A DNA stretch of 64,000 nt, taken from the human T2T-CHM13v2.0 reference genome, Homo sapiens. Positions within the stretch are counted from its first letter, which is position 1. Each line of letters begins with the position of its first letter. Location of the stretch: the NCBI RefSeq assembly GCF_009914755.1, contig NC_060930.1; one strand, given 5' to 3'. This document shows, one piece after another, positions 15,206-30,880 of this stretch. The notes beneath the pieces were generated by a model. It saw only the letters and a list, made by a program, of their open reading frames with translations, was not told where the DNA came from and ran no database searches. A program made the position numbers and the translations under genes.

Positions 15206-15414
15206 ATGTACTGTTTTTTGTGTACATTTTGAGTTATATCATTTGGTACCCCGTAGTCCTTGAAAGGCTCTGAAATTTTTAAAGGTGGTTAGTTTAGAAG
15301 TAGAAATTAGGAAAGGCTTTTATTTCCTCTGCATACCCTGTCTAAATATGACAAGAAATTGGGTCTTTAACAAATATAAACCCAAAAGAGTGTCTATGAG
15401 ATGTATTAAATATA

Positions 15415-16470
15415 TTCAGTAAATCTGTTAATCAAGCATCTACCATGTGTCAGGTGCTTTTCTAGTCACCAGGAATACAGCAGTGAAGACATAAAATGAT
15501 GTCCCCATTCTCCTGGAGCTGTCAGTCTAGCAGGAATAAACAACACAAATACATATATAATGTGTCAGATGGCAAAGGCTACAAGAAACATAAATTACAG
15601 AGGGGCAGGCATGTTGCTATTTTAGATAGGGTAGCTAGTAAAGGACTCTGGTGACATTTTAAGGAGGGACCGGCAGGAAGTGAGGGAGTCTGCCCTGGAG
15701 CTAGCTGAGGGAAGAGGGGCAGGGAGCCTGTCCCAGAGAGGAAGCACACCATTTGCAAAAGCCCTTCTGGGCATGCTTGGGCAATAGCTAAGAGGCCAAG
15801 GCAGCTGAAGCTGAGTGAAGTAGGAGGATAGGGATAGGACAGGGCTCAGGTCACATCTGGCCTTTCAGGCCTCGGGGAGGAGGATTTAGATTTACTCTAT
15901 GTGGCATGGAGAATCATTGGCGAATTTTTATCTAACTTGTGTTATTAATAGAAGGATCAGCCTGTCTGTTCGTATAGAAAATAGTCTGTAAAGAGGCAAA
16001 GGTGGAAGCCAAGAAACCACGTAGGATGCACTTGCAATCATACAGCCAAGAAGGGATGGTGGCTTAGACGTGCGATGGTGGTGGTGGGAAATGGTCAGAT
16101 CTTGGATGCATTTTGAAGGTAGAACTAACAGCATTTCTGACAGATTGTGTGTGGGGTATGAGGGGCCAAGACATGCCCAGGGTTTGGAACCCCAACATTT
16201 ATTGAGACGAAAAAGACTTGGAGGAGCAGGATAGGAGAGAGAGTGAGATTCAGGAGCTCAGTTTTGGACAGGTTAAGGCTGAGATGCCAACTGCAAATTC
16301 AAGTAAGTGGGCAAGAAGGTGACTATGTGAGGCTGGAGTTCAGAGGAGAGGCTGGAGGCATAAATTTAGGAGTCACTGGCATAGAGAATGTATTTAAACC
16401 AGGCACAGGACACAGTCCCAAAAGGGAGTGGGTGTAGTTAAGGGAAGAGAAGGCACTTTTGTATTTAGAG
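15415..16470 (-). mobile_element. L2 LINE fragment
   Basis: caagcatctaccatgtgtcaggtgct...ttttgaaggtagaactaacag...gagctcagttttggaca typical antisense L2. Confidence 0.75.
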
Positions 16471-17509
16471 ACTGGGAAGAAAAGTGGGAATCTAAGCAAA
16501 AGAAAATGCCTTCATCTCTTGCTGCCTTTAATTTTTTTACATGAAAGAAGTCTATACACTTTTTTTTAAAGAATTGGTGTCAGGTTGAGAAACATCACTT
16601 TCCTTAGAAAAGAAAGAAAAAGGCATCTGCTATCTTATTTTAATCTCAGTGTCTGGAAGGTGCCATGACTCAGGCTTGGCTATGTTGAAGCACATTAATC
16701 TACCTTAAATGATATTTCTTACCTTTGCAGTAAGTTTAGCTTTGCCTCCTGGGTGGTAGTTACCAGCCTGTCACAGCTTACAATTTATGACAGGTTTATG
16801 TCATGGTGAGCATCTTCTTTTCTGGCTGTTCATTTCTGTTGAACACTGCCTCAGATGTTAATTCAAAGTTTGGGCTCGTTGAACTTGGTTGGTGAGCTTA
16901 GACACCAGGTCATTAGTGCTTTTATAGATCTCAAAGGAAAGTCTCAAGGGGTTGAGAAGATGTCACTGATAGTAAGTACTGAAGCTCATTTTGCTTCTGT
17001 TGATGCACTGGTTCCCCTGAACTGGGATAAGAAGTCTTTGCTGTAGAGGGAACTCCTTAAGAATCCATTAGGTGATTTATTCCAGGGCCCATTCACTCTA
17101 GACTAAGCTCTTCTACTCATACACAAAATAAGGGTGTTACTTGTCTGGTCAAATTCTTGTTTGAGGAAATGAGTAATTTCTAACTAAACTTGCCTTTCAG
17201 ATTCTGTTGAGAGTAATTTGTTTTTAAATCTTTCTTTTAAGCAGCTGGCTAATCCTGGCACCCATCCTCCCAGAGGTGAAAGCATATTGGGTTTTTTGGG
17301 GGCGGGGTGTGTGTAGGGGTGGAAGTGGGGGGTGGTATATTTATGACGAACAAAAGCAAAGAAGTTTAGAACTTCAAAGGGAGTATAAAGATGATCTGGC
17401 CCAACACCATCATTTGACTGAGGAAGACAAGCTTTGGTCACTTTCTCCAGACTAGGGTTAGCTGTTAGCAGAATGTGTACTAGAATGCAGGTGTTCTAAA
17501 GTCAAGGGA

Positions 17510-18580
17510 CTTCTTTTTTAATTGACAAACATTATTTGATCATTTGTACTGTGTAATATTTGACATATACAGAATAATATATGTATATATGTGAACTATG
17601 AAGCCCAATAATAAAACAATCCCCCGTGGACCCACCATCCAACTTACAACCTAGACCATTACCAACATTGCTGCCCACCGTGGTTACACATGTAACCACA
17701 CTCCTAAGATTACTCATATTGATGGGTACATCTCTATGTATTTTTTTCATTGCTGTGTAATAGTCACTGTATATTTCATTGTGGAATATACCATATCAGA
17801 GCCCAATTTTTTATTATAAAAGTTTTCAAACATACAGAAAAGTAGGAAGAATAGTTCAGTGAACACCAATGTACCATTCACTTTGACCCAATAATTGTTA
17901 TCATTTTACCATATTTGTGTTATTTTTCTGAGCACTTCAATGTACATTGGAGATATCATGACCCTTCATTCCACATAGGATTCAGCCTGACTCTCTTTCT
18001 AATGGTATTCCCCTGCATAAGTATCATTATTACACTTGAGAAAATTCACAAAGTGTCCATGATAATATCTGTTCAATAGTCCATCACCAAATTTTCCCAA
18101 TTGCTTCAGGAATGTCTCTTATAGATTTGCATTTTCAAATCAGGATCCAATCAAGGTTCACATAAATGCGTTTGATTGTTCTGTCTCTTTTAAGTCTCTT
18201 TTTAAAGATCTCTAAAATACCCCATCTTTGTTTCCCAAGCCACTAACTTTTAAAAAGATTTAGGCCAGCTGTCTTAGAGAGTGTGCCACATTCTAGATTT
18301 GTCTGAGTGTTCCCTCATGCTACTATTTAGCATGTTCTTCTGTTGCCCGAATTTCCTATCTACTAGGGCTTAGGTCTTAAGGTATGGTTAGGTTCAGGCC
18401 AAACAGTTTTGGCACCGATACTTCATATAGATAGTGCCATATATTTATGTTGTATCACAGCAGGTGGCATGTGCTAACTAGCTTGCCCTTTAGCAATACC
18501 AAGTTTGATTGCTTGGTTAAAGTGGTGCCTCCTCCATCTTTCCATTGTAAAGGTTCATTTTCCCCTTTGACATTCATAGC
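17510..18580 (-). mobile_element. Old L1 (L1MC/ME-type) fragments
   Basis: aaaagttttcaaacatacagaaaagtag, caggatccaatcaaggttcac, aagtttgattgcttggttaaagtggtg; boundaries approximate. Confidence 0.55.
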
Positions 18581-20780
18581 CCCCTCTCTTGTGAATAACC
18601 TCAAAGTCAGTACCTTCATATTTAATTTTTCAAGTATCCAGTTGGTTTCTGTGAATGGCCAATATTCATGTACAGCCATGTCTAGGGAACACAACTTAAG
18701 ATCCATCTGGAAGTGCTGTTTTTGTTTAAGAGCAAGTGAACAAGATAAGACTGATTTTTCTTGTGTGACTCAAAGGGTATTTCTAAAAGAGTAATTGGAC
18801 AAATATTTTAAATAAACATATAGATGGCCATTGTTATTACTTTAACAATATTCATTTGTAGGTATACATTTGTTTGTTTAAAAAATAAGCTTGGGCTTTA
18901 TAATCATACTGTTTGTTAAGTACGACAATAAAGTTGTACTTTTTAATCTATATTGGCGAAAGCTTATGACCCAAGTACATGGGAAAATAAAAGATTACCT
19001 TTAGAAACTGAAATAACCCTGCCTGGAGATAGTTTCCCCCTCTCCTGATGGCCTCATAAATAATGTATCTTATTGGAACAGAATTTAGAAAAAGTGAATC
19101 ATACTCTGCATATGAGTTTTCAAATTCAAAGTCCACCCAGCATTAATAAATGTCTGTTTGAATTACCCAGCAGGCCTTCAGCACTCATTTACTAAGGGAG
19201 AACTTTCAGAACAGCAGTCTTTTCAAATGCATTCATTCATGTTTTCGGTTTTTTCACAAATTCCCCTCTACCCAGAATGACTTTCCTTCCATGAATGTTA
19301 TGCAACTAAACCACATGCTTCAACAGAAGTGAAATGTTTAGTATTAGATGAATAAATCCCCTCTGAACTCAAGCTATAGAAGGAAAGACTTAATGAAAAG
19401 GGTACTTCGGTAAGAATCATTTCAAAATCTCAGATCGCTTGCTCGTGAGCCGTACATTCAGTTTTTGAAAAATTAAACCTGTTCACTTGTAAAGAAGTCA
19501 GACTTGGGACCTGCTTGGTTAGCCTAATACCATAATGTGTTACAGAACTGCCATTATTTTGTTAGAGAACAAAATCCATGGGTACTGTGCCTGTGATAGC
19601 TTTGAGCTCCAAAATACATGTAACGTATCCTTGGCTGTCATGCTTTAAACATAAGGAAGTGTAAAGTACCCTATTCTTAGCGTCTGTTTTCTTGTGGTTT
19701 AGAAGCATTACAGTAGTATTTAAAAGATAAGCCTCTTTTTTTCCTTAAGGTAACTTTTTTTGAAGCATAACATTTGTACAAAAAGGTACATAAACCCTAA
19801 ATATATAAGCTGAGTGAATTTTCACAAAGTGAATACACAAGCGCAGTCACCATTCAGATCAAGAAAAAGAACATTCCCAGCATCGCAGAAACCCGTTTCT
19901 TTCATGCGTCCTCACGCCCTCTTCCCCAGGAACCATCATCCTGACTTCTAACACTGTAGTTCTGACCTCCTACCCATATCCCACACCTGGCCTCCCAACA
20001 TTCTTTCATGTGTGTGTTGTCAAATCATCAGTAGGAGCCTGGTTGTAAATCTCTGTATAATTAGAGAGTCTAGAGAAGTTACCAGTTTATCCAGCGGAAT
20101 CTTCACAAAAACCACCGCCAAAAATGTGCCTTGGGCCAAAATTGGGAAGAAGAAAAAAGCAAAGAGGGAGGGGTCAGACCCATTTTGTTGGTAAAAGATT
20201 TCATTTACAGCCACTCTCTTCTTGGCATGGTGTTCTGGGGAACACAACATGGTGGAGTACCACGGCTAAAACATTTTAGCAAAACTAACCGAATTGATGA
20301 GTGTAAGTGATCACTAAGAAGTCTATGTTTGTTTATGAAGCAGGTACATTAACCCCTCTCTTATAGAAAAGTCACTTCTTCAGCATCCTCACCTTCTCAG
20401 AACCCTTCCCAGGAACGAAGATGTTTACAAGAAGACCTTGTAAAGTTTAGAGACAGGGCTAGTAGGCATGGTTTTCTGGTTTCCTGATTTCTGGCACATT
20501 AGAGGAGGGTGGGGCTGCTGGTTCCCCAACTGAAGCAGAAGTGACAGCTGACAAGCTGATAGAAGGGTGTGGTATTGAAAAGCCATAACAATCAGAACCA
20601 AGAACTCAAAAAGCTTTGTGGCCTGGGAACAAGCAGCCCCACAGAACTTCAGAGCCCCTGAGGACACCACTGTGCATTAAATAATGCTCACAGTGATGAT
20701 CCTGAGTAACTGTGAAAAGAGTAAACTGTGTTCAATGCACTTCCTGCAATGAGAAAAATTGCCATCACAAAAATGATTAG

Positions 20781-21078
20781 GGCTGGGCATGGTGGCTCAC
20801 ACCTGTAATCCCAGCACCTTTGGGAGGCCAAGGCGGGCGGATCACCTGAGGCCAGGAGTTTGAGACCAGCCTGGCCAATATGGTGAGACCCCCTCTACTA
20901 AAAAAAAAATGCAAAACTTAGTCGGATGTGGTGGTGTGTGCCTGTACTCCCAGCTACTTGGAAGGCTGAGGCAGTAGAATCACTTGAACCAGGAGGCAGA
21001 GGTTGCAGTGAGCTGAGAGCAAGCCACTGTACTCCAGCCTGGGTGACAGAACAAGACTCCGTCAAAAAAAAAAAAAAA
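20781..21078 (+). mobile_element. Alu (AluSx-like)
   Basis: Full Alu; TSD aaaatgattagg / aaattgattagg. Confidence 0.95.
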
Positions 21079-21089
21079 TTGATTAGGAA

Positions 21090-21280
21090 CCTGGTTCTGG
21101 AATCAGCTTGAATCATTCCAGCCTTTCATACTTATAGCTGTGTGGCCTTGGGCAACTTACTTAACTTTATCTATAAAATGGGGACAATAGCTTCTCTTCC
21201 TCATAGCATGGTTGTGAGGATTAGATGAAATTCTCAGTGGCATTCCTTGTAAGCTCTAGGGAGATGTTAGCTGTTACTAA
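21090..21280 (+). mobile_element. MIR fragment
   Basis: agctgtgtggccttgggcaacttacttaac..tctataaaatgggg..ggttgtgaggattagatga. Confidence 0.7.
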
Positions 21281-21574
21281 TGTTTGGCACCATGACAAAT
21301 GATTAGATGGAACTTCGGAGCAATTAATAATACAAATTAAAATAAGGGGACAAAGCCAGCCAAGGAGAAAAGTAAAAGATCAAGAATAGGGGCATATAAT
21401 GGCTTTATTTTTCCTTGAGTCTAGTGTGATTCTAACACCTGAGTCCAACCATTCATTGTGTAGGTCCGTATCCTCTCCTGTTCTTTTCCTCTCATCCTGG
21501 GTACCAGACAGAAGGAAAAACTGAAACAAATGATGAGTCGGCTCCCTTTCTTTCCTTCCATGGTGGCTATTTAG

Positions 21575-21701
21575 GTGGCTGATTTATGAAGAACCTGGAT
21601 TTCAGGGTGTTCCTTTCATCCTGGAACCTGGTGAATACCCTGACTTGTCCTTCTGGGATACAGAAGCAGCGTACATTGGATCCATGCGGCCTCTGAAAAT
21701 G
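21575..21701 (+). CDS. CRYBG1: CRYBG1 crystallin domain 2, Greek key 4 (WLIYEEPGFQG...GEYPD...IGSMRPLKM)
   Basis: atttag|G TGG...ATG|gtaaaa; WxxYExxxFxG and GEYPD motifs; 127 nt, phase 2/0. Confidence 0.96.
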
Positions 21702-23754
21702 GTAAAAATGAAATCCAAATGTCCTTGTGGTGATTCTTTGTCAGCTTGACGTGGTAATTCACAGGGTGTGACTTTGAAGCAATAAAGCTGACTTTTAAGA
21801 AACAAATTTGTAGTAGATTGGACCTATTGCTCAATAGAAATCATGGAAAGAATAACTTGCTAGATGCTATAGATTAAAAAAAAAAAAAAGGCAGGTAAGA
21901 CTATGTCCTTTGTCTTTAAGGCATTCTCAGCCCTGCAGAGCTGCAGATGGGTGCGCAAAGCTTCAGCGCAGTGTAGGTTTAACAAGTGAGGAAAGTGAAG
22001 AATTAAACATTGGTGGAAAAACAGGACAAAGATACATACAATTCCAAGTTGTGGGTGATGTGACAGAAAAGGGATAATTAGGAAAGCTTCATGCTAAATT
22101 AAATTCAGTCTTAAAAAATTAGCAGGATGATTTTTTAAATGGAGCTGTCGGTGAATGCACTGTGTGAGCTAGGGTGCAGCCTGAGAGAGAGCAGGGCACG
22201 CTGAGGACCGGCTCGGCTGCCGTGACACGAGTGGGTGGTGTCTTGGGGGTCTCTGGGGCTGGACCAGATGAGTGTTGTCCTCCCGAGTATCTGCTGTGGA
22301 AGCTTTGTGCTGCCTCTCCCTTGTCCCAGTGTCTTGCTTTGTTCTTTGTTTCTTCCGCTAGACTGTCAGCTTTGGGAGGAAGCAGGCCGCATCTGTCTTG
22401 TCCCCAGTGTTGAGCGCAGTGTGTGCTGCAGCATGGAAGTTGTTCCCTAAATACCCACAGTGAGATGAGGCTCCCATTACAAACATGTTTTTGAAGCTGC
22501 ACTTCGCAGTTGTCTTCTGAGACAGTTTGAGACAAATTAGAAAGTTAGGAAGACAATTTTTTTAATGTTAATTTTACCCGTCCTTCCAAAGTATTTGGTT
22601 TAATTATCTGTATGTTTGCTGGTCTTAATGCAAATGATTTGGGCTTTTGTTTCTAAAATTAAACTCACTTTCAAAGAACAAAGTTTTGTTAGTTTTGTGA
22701 ATGTATGAAAGAATTCATCCAGGTTTTAGGAGCAGTTTGTAATGATGATGAAAAGTCTCCAAAGTCTATGGTGTTCAAACAGGATTACTTTTGAAAAGGT
22801 CATGTGCTTAGTTGTATAATCTCTGGTTTGCTGATAATATCAGCCACATTCCTTTTTCCTTTTTTTTTTTGCTTGTTTTTTCATAAAAGTTAAGGAAACC
22901 AACACATTCTTTTATAATTATAGTTCATTTGGTGCCTTTGAGCATCCTTGGTGGTACTTTTTTTTAAAAAGCTATTAAAGATATATTAATTTTAAAAAAA
23001 TCCAACTTTCCCATTGCTGATTTAAACTCTTGAACTATTTAATATTTTTGTGCAATATCTTTTTAATGTAATACCATTTCTCTGATTTTAGTGAGTTTTT
23101 TTGTTTTTAAAAAGCTTTCTATTTTATAACAACCCCTCATAGACTCATCCTTTGGGATGTTTTAAATTTTATTTAACAGTTTATCTAATTATTCCATGAG
23201 TCCCCCAGATCTTATTATGTGAACTTCAACACATAATAGTTTCGTAAGCCCTGGTTGCAAAATCAAATACCTTCAGGGGCCAGGCAGCAAATACAAATGG
23301 CTGAGAGTTAAACCGAAGGGAATGGTAGAGACGGCAACCCCGGGCCTGTGCCCAGCTGAAGGATGAACTGAGGGCAGGATCGTTAAATGCAGAAGCCGAA
23401 GACAGTGGCCTGGGAGAATCTGGGTCCAGAGATGTCAGCTCTTGGAACTGCTTTTTCAAGAGAAGTATGGATTTTTATGATAAATTTTCCAAGTTAAAAA
23501 AACTTACTAGGTCAAAAAACACTCCTACAACGCAGATCAGCTTATAGACTGCTTGTGCGAGGCTCCGTTCTAGCCTGCCTTCCTCGTGTCTTCATCTGTA
23601 TTGTTGGTAATTTTAGAACTATCTCACGTAAGTTAAAACAAACCAGAACATAGTCACACTGAAATTCAATGTTTTACTGTAAACTGCTATGGCTAATATA
23701 AAATGGTAATGTATCAGTGAAAAACTATTTTTCTTACTATGTTGTTTTTTTCAG

Positions 23755-23790
23755 GGTGGCCGTAAAGTTGAATTCCCTACAGATCCAAAG
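23755..23790 (+). CDS. CRYBG1: CRYBG1 36-nt linker exon GGRKVEFPTDPK
   Basis: gttttttttcag-type acceptor then GGTGGC...CCAAAG|gtaaaa; phase 0/0. Confidence 0.88.
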
Positions 23791-24451
23791 GTAAAAATAT
23801 ATATGTATTTTTGTATGTATGTATATGTAATTATTTAAACATATACACATATATATGTACTTAATGTTATTCCCACTCCATCTCTATGAAGATATTGCTT
23901 ATGTGACTTCTCATATTAAACCTCTGTCACACATAAATGCAGCCAAAGGAAGTTGCCAACTTACACTTGCCATCCTTCAGGGTGGAAGATGATGCTAATG
24001 GCACTGGTTATCACTAAGAGTACATTTAGCCATGGCTCAGAAGGGTCATTGTTATATTGAGTTAACAATTTGCAGTTGTATTTACTAATTGCAGGGCTTC
24101 TTGCTGCTTGCCAATTAGCCAGGAAAAAACTTTTTTAAGACAAACTTTCCCTACTCCAAAATACCCTTTCTGCTATTCCCAATTCCCACATCGATGCCAC
24201 ACACTATAACTTTTCAATTTTCAATTTTAACACTACTTTAGAATCCTCTGGTTCCTTCTATGTGGTTCTAAATATCAGTTTTATATATACATATATATGT
24301 GTGTGTGTATATATTTATTTTATATATATATGTATATAAATTATTTTAAAACTGTTTGGAACCATGGCTTTGGGCTATACCACATTAGGGAAAAAAAAAA
24401 GCCAGATTTTTTTTTTCTTTTTACTATCTTATCAGATGCCATTATTTAGGG

Positions 24452-25387
<936 letters not shown>

Positions 25388-25591
25388 GCCAGGCTGGTCT
25401 CGAACTCCTGACCTCAAGTGATCCACCTACCTCAGCCTCGCAAAGTGCTGGGATAACAGGCGTGAGCCACCGCGCCCAGTCAGAAAATTTTAATTTGTGT
25501 GTCAGGACTTAGTGATATTAAATGACTGATTTAATGTTAAGCTGTTGGGATACTTCTTACAGATTACTGGTATATCTCATTTCTATTGTAG

Positions 25592-25749
25592 GTAGTTGTT
25601 TATGAAAAGCCTTTCTTTGAAGGAAAATGTGTGGAACTAGAAACAGGAATGTGTAGTTTTGTCATGGAGGGAGGTGAAACAGAAGAGGCGACTGGAGACG
25701 ATCATTTGCCGTTTACGTCAGTGGGGTCTATGAAAGTTCTAAGAGGCAT
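25592..25749 (+). CDS. CRYBG1: CRYBG1 crystallin domain 3, Greek key 5 (VVVYEKPFFEGK...SVGSMKVLRG)
   Basis: attgtag|GTA...GGCAT|gtaagt; 158 nt, phase 0/2. Confidence 0.95.
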
Positions 25750-25887
25750 GTAAGTACATGGGTGACTTGTTAGGATTTCTTTTTTTTCCGAAATATTAAG
25801 TAATAAATGTGCCCTTTCCCCCCTAAAAACAACATTCCTGATTCTATAGTATGGTGAATTTTGACAGTTATATCCACATTCTCCTCA

Positions 25888-26385
<498 letters not shown>

Positions 26386-26722
26386 CTATTCATAATATTT
26401 TTGTTACTATCTGAAGTGAGTTTATCCAGTTTTGCTTGCTGAGGTTCTTTTGAGTCAGCCCTGATTAAACACACACACATACACACCACTCACACACACG
26501 CTCCCCTTCCCTTTTTTATACAACTCTGATATATGTCTCTTAGGTTATTTTCTTGGGGCCATTCTGTTATTCTCCCAAATTTTAAAGAATTCCAATGATA
26601 ATAAAGCAGAAGGTCATGTCTAGCTTTATAACTATTTGTATTTTTCAATGAAATTGATATGTACCTTGAAAAAATGTTAACATGTCTGGAAATGACTACT
26701 CCTCGTGTTCTTTATGTTGCAG

Positions 26723-26849
26723 TTGGGTTGCATATGAGAAGCCTGGATTTACCGGTCATCAGTATTTGCTAGAAGAAGGAGAATACAGGGACTGGAAAGC
26801 CTGGGGAGGTTACAATGGAGAGCTTCAGTCTTTACGACCTATATTAGGT
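26723..26849 (+). CDS. CRYBG1: CRYBG1 crystallin domain 3, Greek key 6 (WVAYEKPGFTGHQYLLEEGEY...LQSLRPILG)
   Basis: gttgcag|T TGG...GGT|gtaagt; beta-crystallin-like motif; 127 nt, phase 2/0. Confidence 0.96.
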
Positions 26850-26939
26850 GTAAGTAAAGGACAAGCTATTGGCTAATACTTGGTCTTCTTTGGATAATAA
26901 ATGGCTAGCCTTTGAATTTTGAATTTTTTTTCTCAATAG

Positions 26940-27085
26940 GATTTTTCAAATGCTCACATGATAATGTACAGTGAAAAAAACTTTGGATCCAAAGGTTCCA
27001 GTATTGATGTATTGGGAATTGTTGCTAATTTAAAGGAGACTGGATATGGAGTGAAGACACAGTCTATTAATGTACTGAGTGGAGT
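26940..27085 (+). CDS. CRYBG1: CRYBG1 crystallin domain 4, Greek key 7 (DFSNAHMIMYSEKNFGSK...QSINVLSG)
   Basis: tctcaatag|GAT...GGAGT|gtaagt; 146 nt, phase 0/2; preceded by a 90-nt intron. Confidence 0.94.
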
Positions 27086-27574
27086 GTAAGTGAAATAATC
27101 CAGTTGGAATTTTAAACATGGGTTTTACCTTGGTTTGTTTTAAACTGGTAAGAGTCTATCACAGAGTAGGCATTCAATACACAAATATCTCAACAGCTTA
27201 ACATTAAATCAGTCATTTAATAGTTGCTGTCATGATATTTTCGTTAACTCTCTTTAAAAATCGTTCTCATACCATCTCTTCTTTTTACGTTCGGGGTAGG
27301 CTTTGGGTATCATGATAGAAATCTACAGATCTGTTTCCCTTGTCATTCTGCACAGAAAGATAGTGAATTTTTTAAATGATGGAGATCAAATAATAATAAT
27401 AGTAATCTAACATAAACCTGAGGCTGGGTCAAAGTCCCAGTAGATTTTCCTGTGGTCCTACACCTGTTCCAGTATATTTCTTCACTATTAGTTTGACATA
27501 AAAATAATTGTTCTATGTACGTGGAGTTAGCAGTTGACTGTTTTATTAGTGGTGAAGCAAGTTTTTATTGAAAG

Positions 27575-28410
<836 letters not shown>

Positions 28411-30880
28411 GGAGTTACATAATTATTCTTGTAATCCAGGCTAATGTCTATTCTAATTTGTTATAAGTGAGAGTATTCTCAAATAGTTACATGAAATAAT
28501 GTGACATTGGTTATGCTGAAAGTGTTTGGTGTTAGGTTTTTGTTGTCATAGTGACATAGACTATTTGAATCATCCTAGCCTCAACCCCATTGTATCTCAT
28601 GGGACCTCCCACAATAGCCCTGGATATTTGAAAAGTGTGTACAATGTACTAAAAGTTGATGAACATGCTTAACTTTTACTCTTAGTAAATAGAGTAAAAA
28701 AAACCTTGTTCAACAAGTTCTTGTCTAGGCCGTTGCATGTGGTGCCATTTTGGCAGAGTATCAGTGATTTCCGGGTATTCCATTCTCAGCAGGAAATGCC
28801 TACTCTTGGGTCCTATTCTGGAGCCCTAACATTTTAGAATCAGTAGCCTGTTTGCAAAAGCCAGAAGTCATCTGAAATATAAGGTACAAGTTATCTGAAA
28901 TGTTGCTGGGGCTCTGCAGTATTTTAGATTGTCTTTAAAGCTAATTATTTAGGAGGAAAACATAGTGACCAACTTAGTCTGGTGAAACAGTTGTACATTT
29001 TGATACTCACCAGTTGTGTTGGTTCTATTAGTCAGAGCCTAGTCATCCACCCTGGCAGAGGAAGCAAAAGGATGCTGGGTAGAATGAATTCCCTTAGGTA
29101 TTTTGTAGATGATGCTATTAACACAGGTAGAATTATTGTGCCTTGAGCCAATCTCCTTTCCTTTTTAACCCAGGCCTTGCTTACTTGAAATCAGTTCCCT
29201 TTATAAAGTGCTGCTATTATATGTTTCTATTTTTAGTCATTTCTAATTGCATTTCCTGGCTTAAGCTTCTTTTTTCTGGCTGTAGCAGTTAAGTTTTGGT
29301 AGAAGGGGGAAGTTGAAGGGAGCTACGTACACATACATGGACACACACACACACACCCCACTTCCTTTGAAATTCTTTGCATATGGAAGGGCTTTTGTAT
29401 TTACCAGGGCCAGGTGCTTCCTCATATTTTGTTCGATTTGTCATTTGACAAGTATTTATTGAGGTCTATTATGTGCAAAGCATTGTATTATGTCCTCAAA
29501 GAAGTTACGGTATTTATGTAAAACATAATTATTGCTACAAAAGAGGTACAGATTAAATGCTCTGGGAATCCACAGCAGAGAGAGATTAATTTCCAGTCTG
29601 GACACAGGGAAGGAAGACTTTGTGGAGGAGGTGGCATTGGAGTTAGGCCTGTGGGATAGGATAGGAAGGCTGAGATGAGCCAAGATGATGGAGGAGGACT
29701 ACCTATTCACTTTAAATAGTTTCAAAGGAAAATTATTGTATTTTAATGGCTTTATTTTTATTGGCAATTAAGTATTTTAGCTTGATTCTTTATTTCTTAT
29801 TATGGCATGTATTGTCAGAAAAAAACTCTTCTGAAGTTCTTGTTCCATGAAAGTATCTCCCAGGAGGCTCACCATCACATGGGTAATACATCCCCTGGGC
29901 AGTAAACTCATCATTAGTCCTGAAACAGAGAACAGCCTTCAGGAAGGATGCCCATGAAACCAGCAACTGAGGTTTTTAGGAACTGCATTTGATTCTTACT
30001 GGAAATGTCGAAAGAAACTCCCTGCTTATCAGTTTCTAGTTCTATGCTATATTCTTGCTCAAATAGTGGAAACTGGGCTAGTTTTTTAAAACTAGGAGCA
30101 AAATGAAATATTTCTGGTATTCAGATGAAAACAAAAAGTGTTGTTGTTTTAAATTCTTTTTCCTTTGGCCTTCCACGGAAGGGCAGGTTTACCCTGCTGC
30201 CCTTATCTTCTGAGCAATTATTCCACCAGGCTGGGACCTGCTAGTACTTGTGTACATGCCTTTCCCCCGTCTCCCCACCAGTCTTTAAACAGAGGAGTGT
30301 TGATTCATGTGTACAGAATACATCTGGACAAGGACAGGGAGGGATTTTCTTAAGAGCCCCAAGTGTAAGTTGTAAGTAGACTCTCGGATCATAGAGCAGA
30401 GAATCTCAGATCTGGGTTTTGCGGCTTCTCCCCTCCCCCACTCCCCCCATTCATGGGTGATTCATCAGGTATCTTGGAGGGAAAACAACACTACTGTCAG
30501 TTCAAGTAACATCTTAATAAATTGTTTTCCAGCTTCAGCTTCAGTGAATTAGAGATAGGCTTAGCTGGGTGTTGGGTATTTACTTACAAGTAGTTTAGTT
30601 TCATAGGAAAATACAGTACCCATACTTGTTAGTAAAAAGAATAGAGTACTGGCTAAAGCTGCTTCCAGGGCTGTCCTCTCTCCTTGGCATTCAGCCTCCC
30701 ACCTCACTGTCTTTTTTCCCTCCAAACCTTGAAGTCAAACAGAAAGGCCTTTAACCCTCTTATCTCTCTACTTGTTACAGACTCGGAGCCCTGGTGAGAA
30801 CCCTTTTTTTGATGTGGCTCTACTTCTTTAATTGTTCGTTGTTTTTTTAAAGTCCTAGTGTTTGTAACGTAGATTTTCTT

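Noticed and set aside
20012-20250. Basic peptide-like ORF (…AKIGKKKKAKREG…) as a retrocopy or micropeptide
   Set aside because: Non-ATG start, no poly(A) tail or TSD, no protein I recognise
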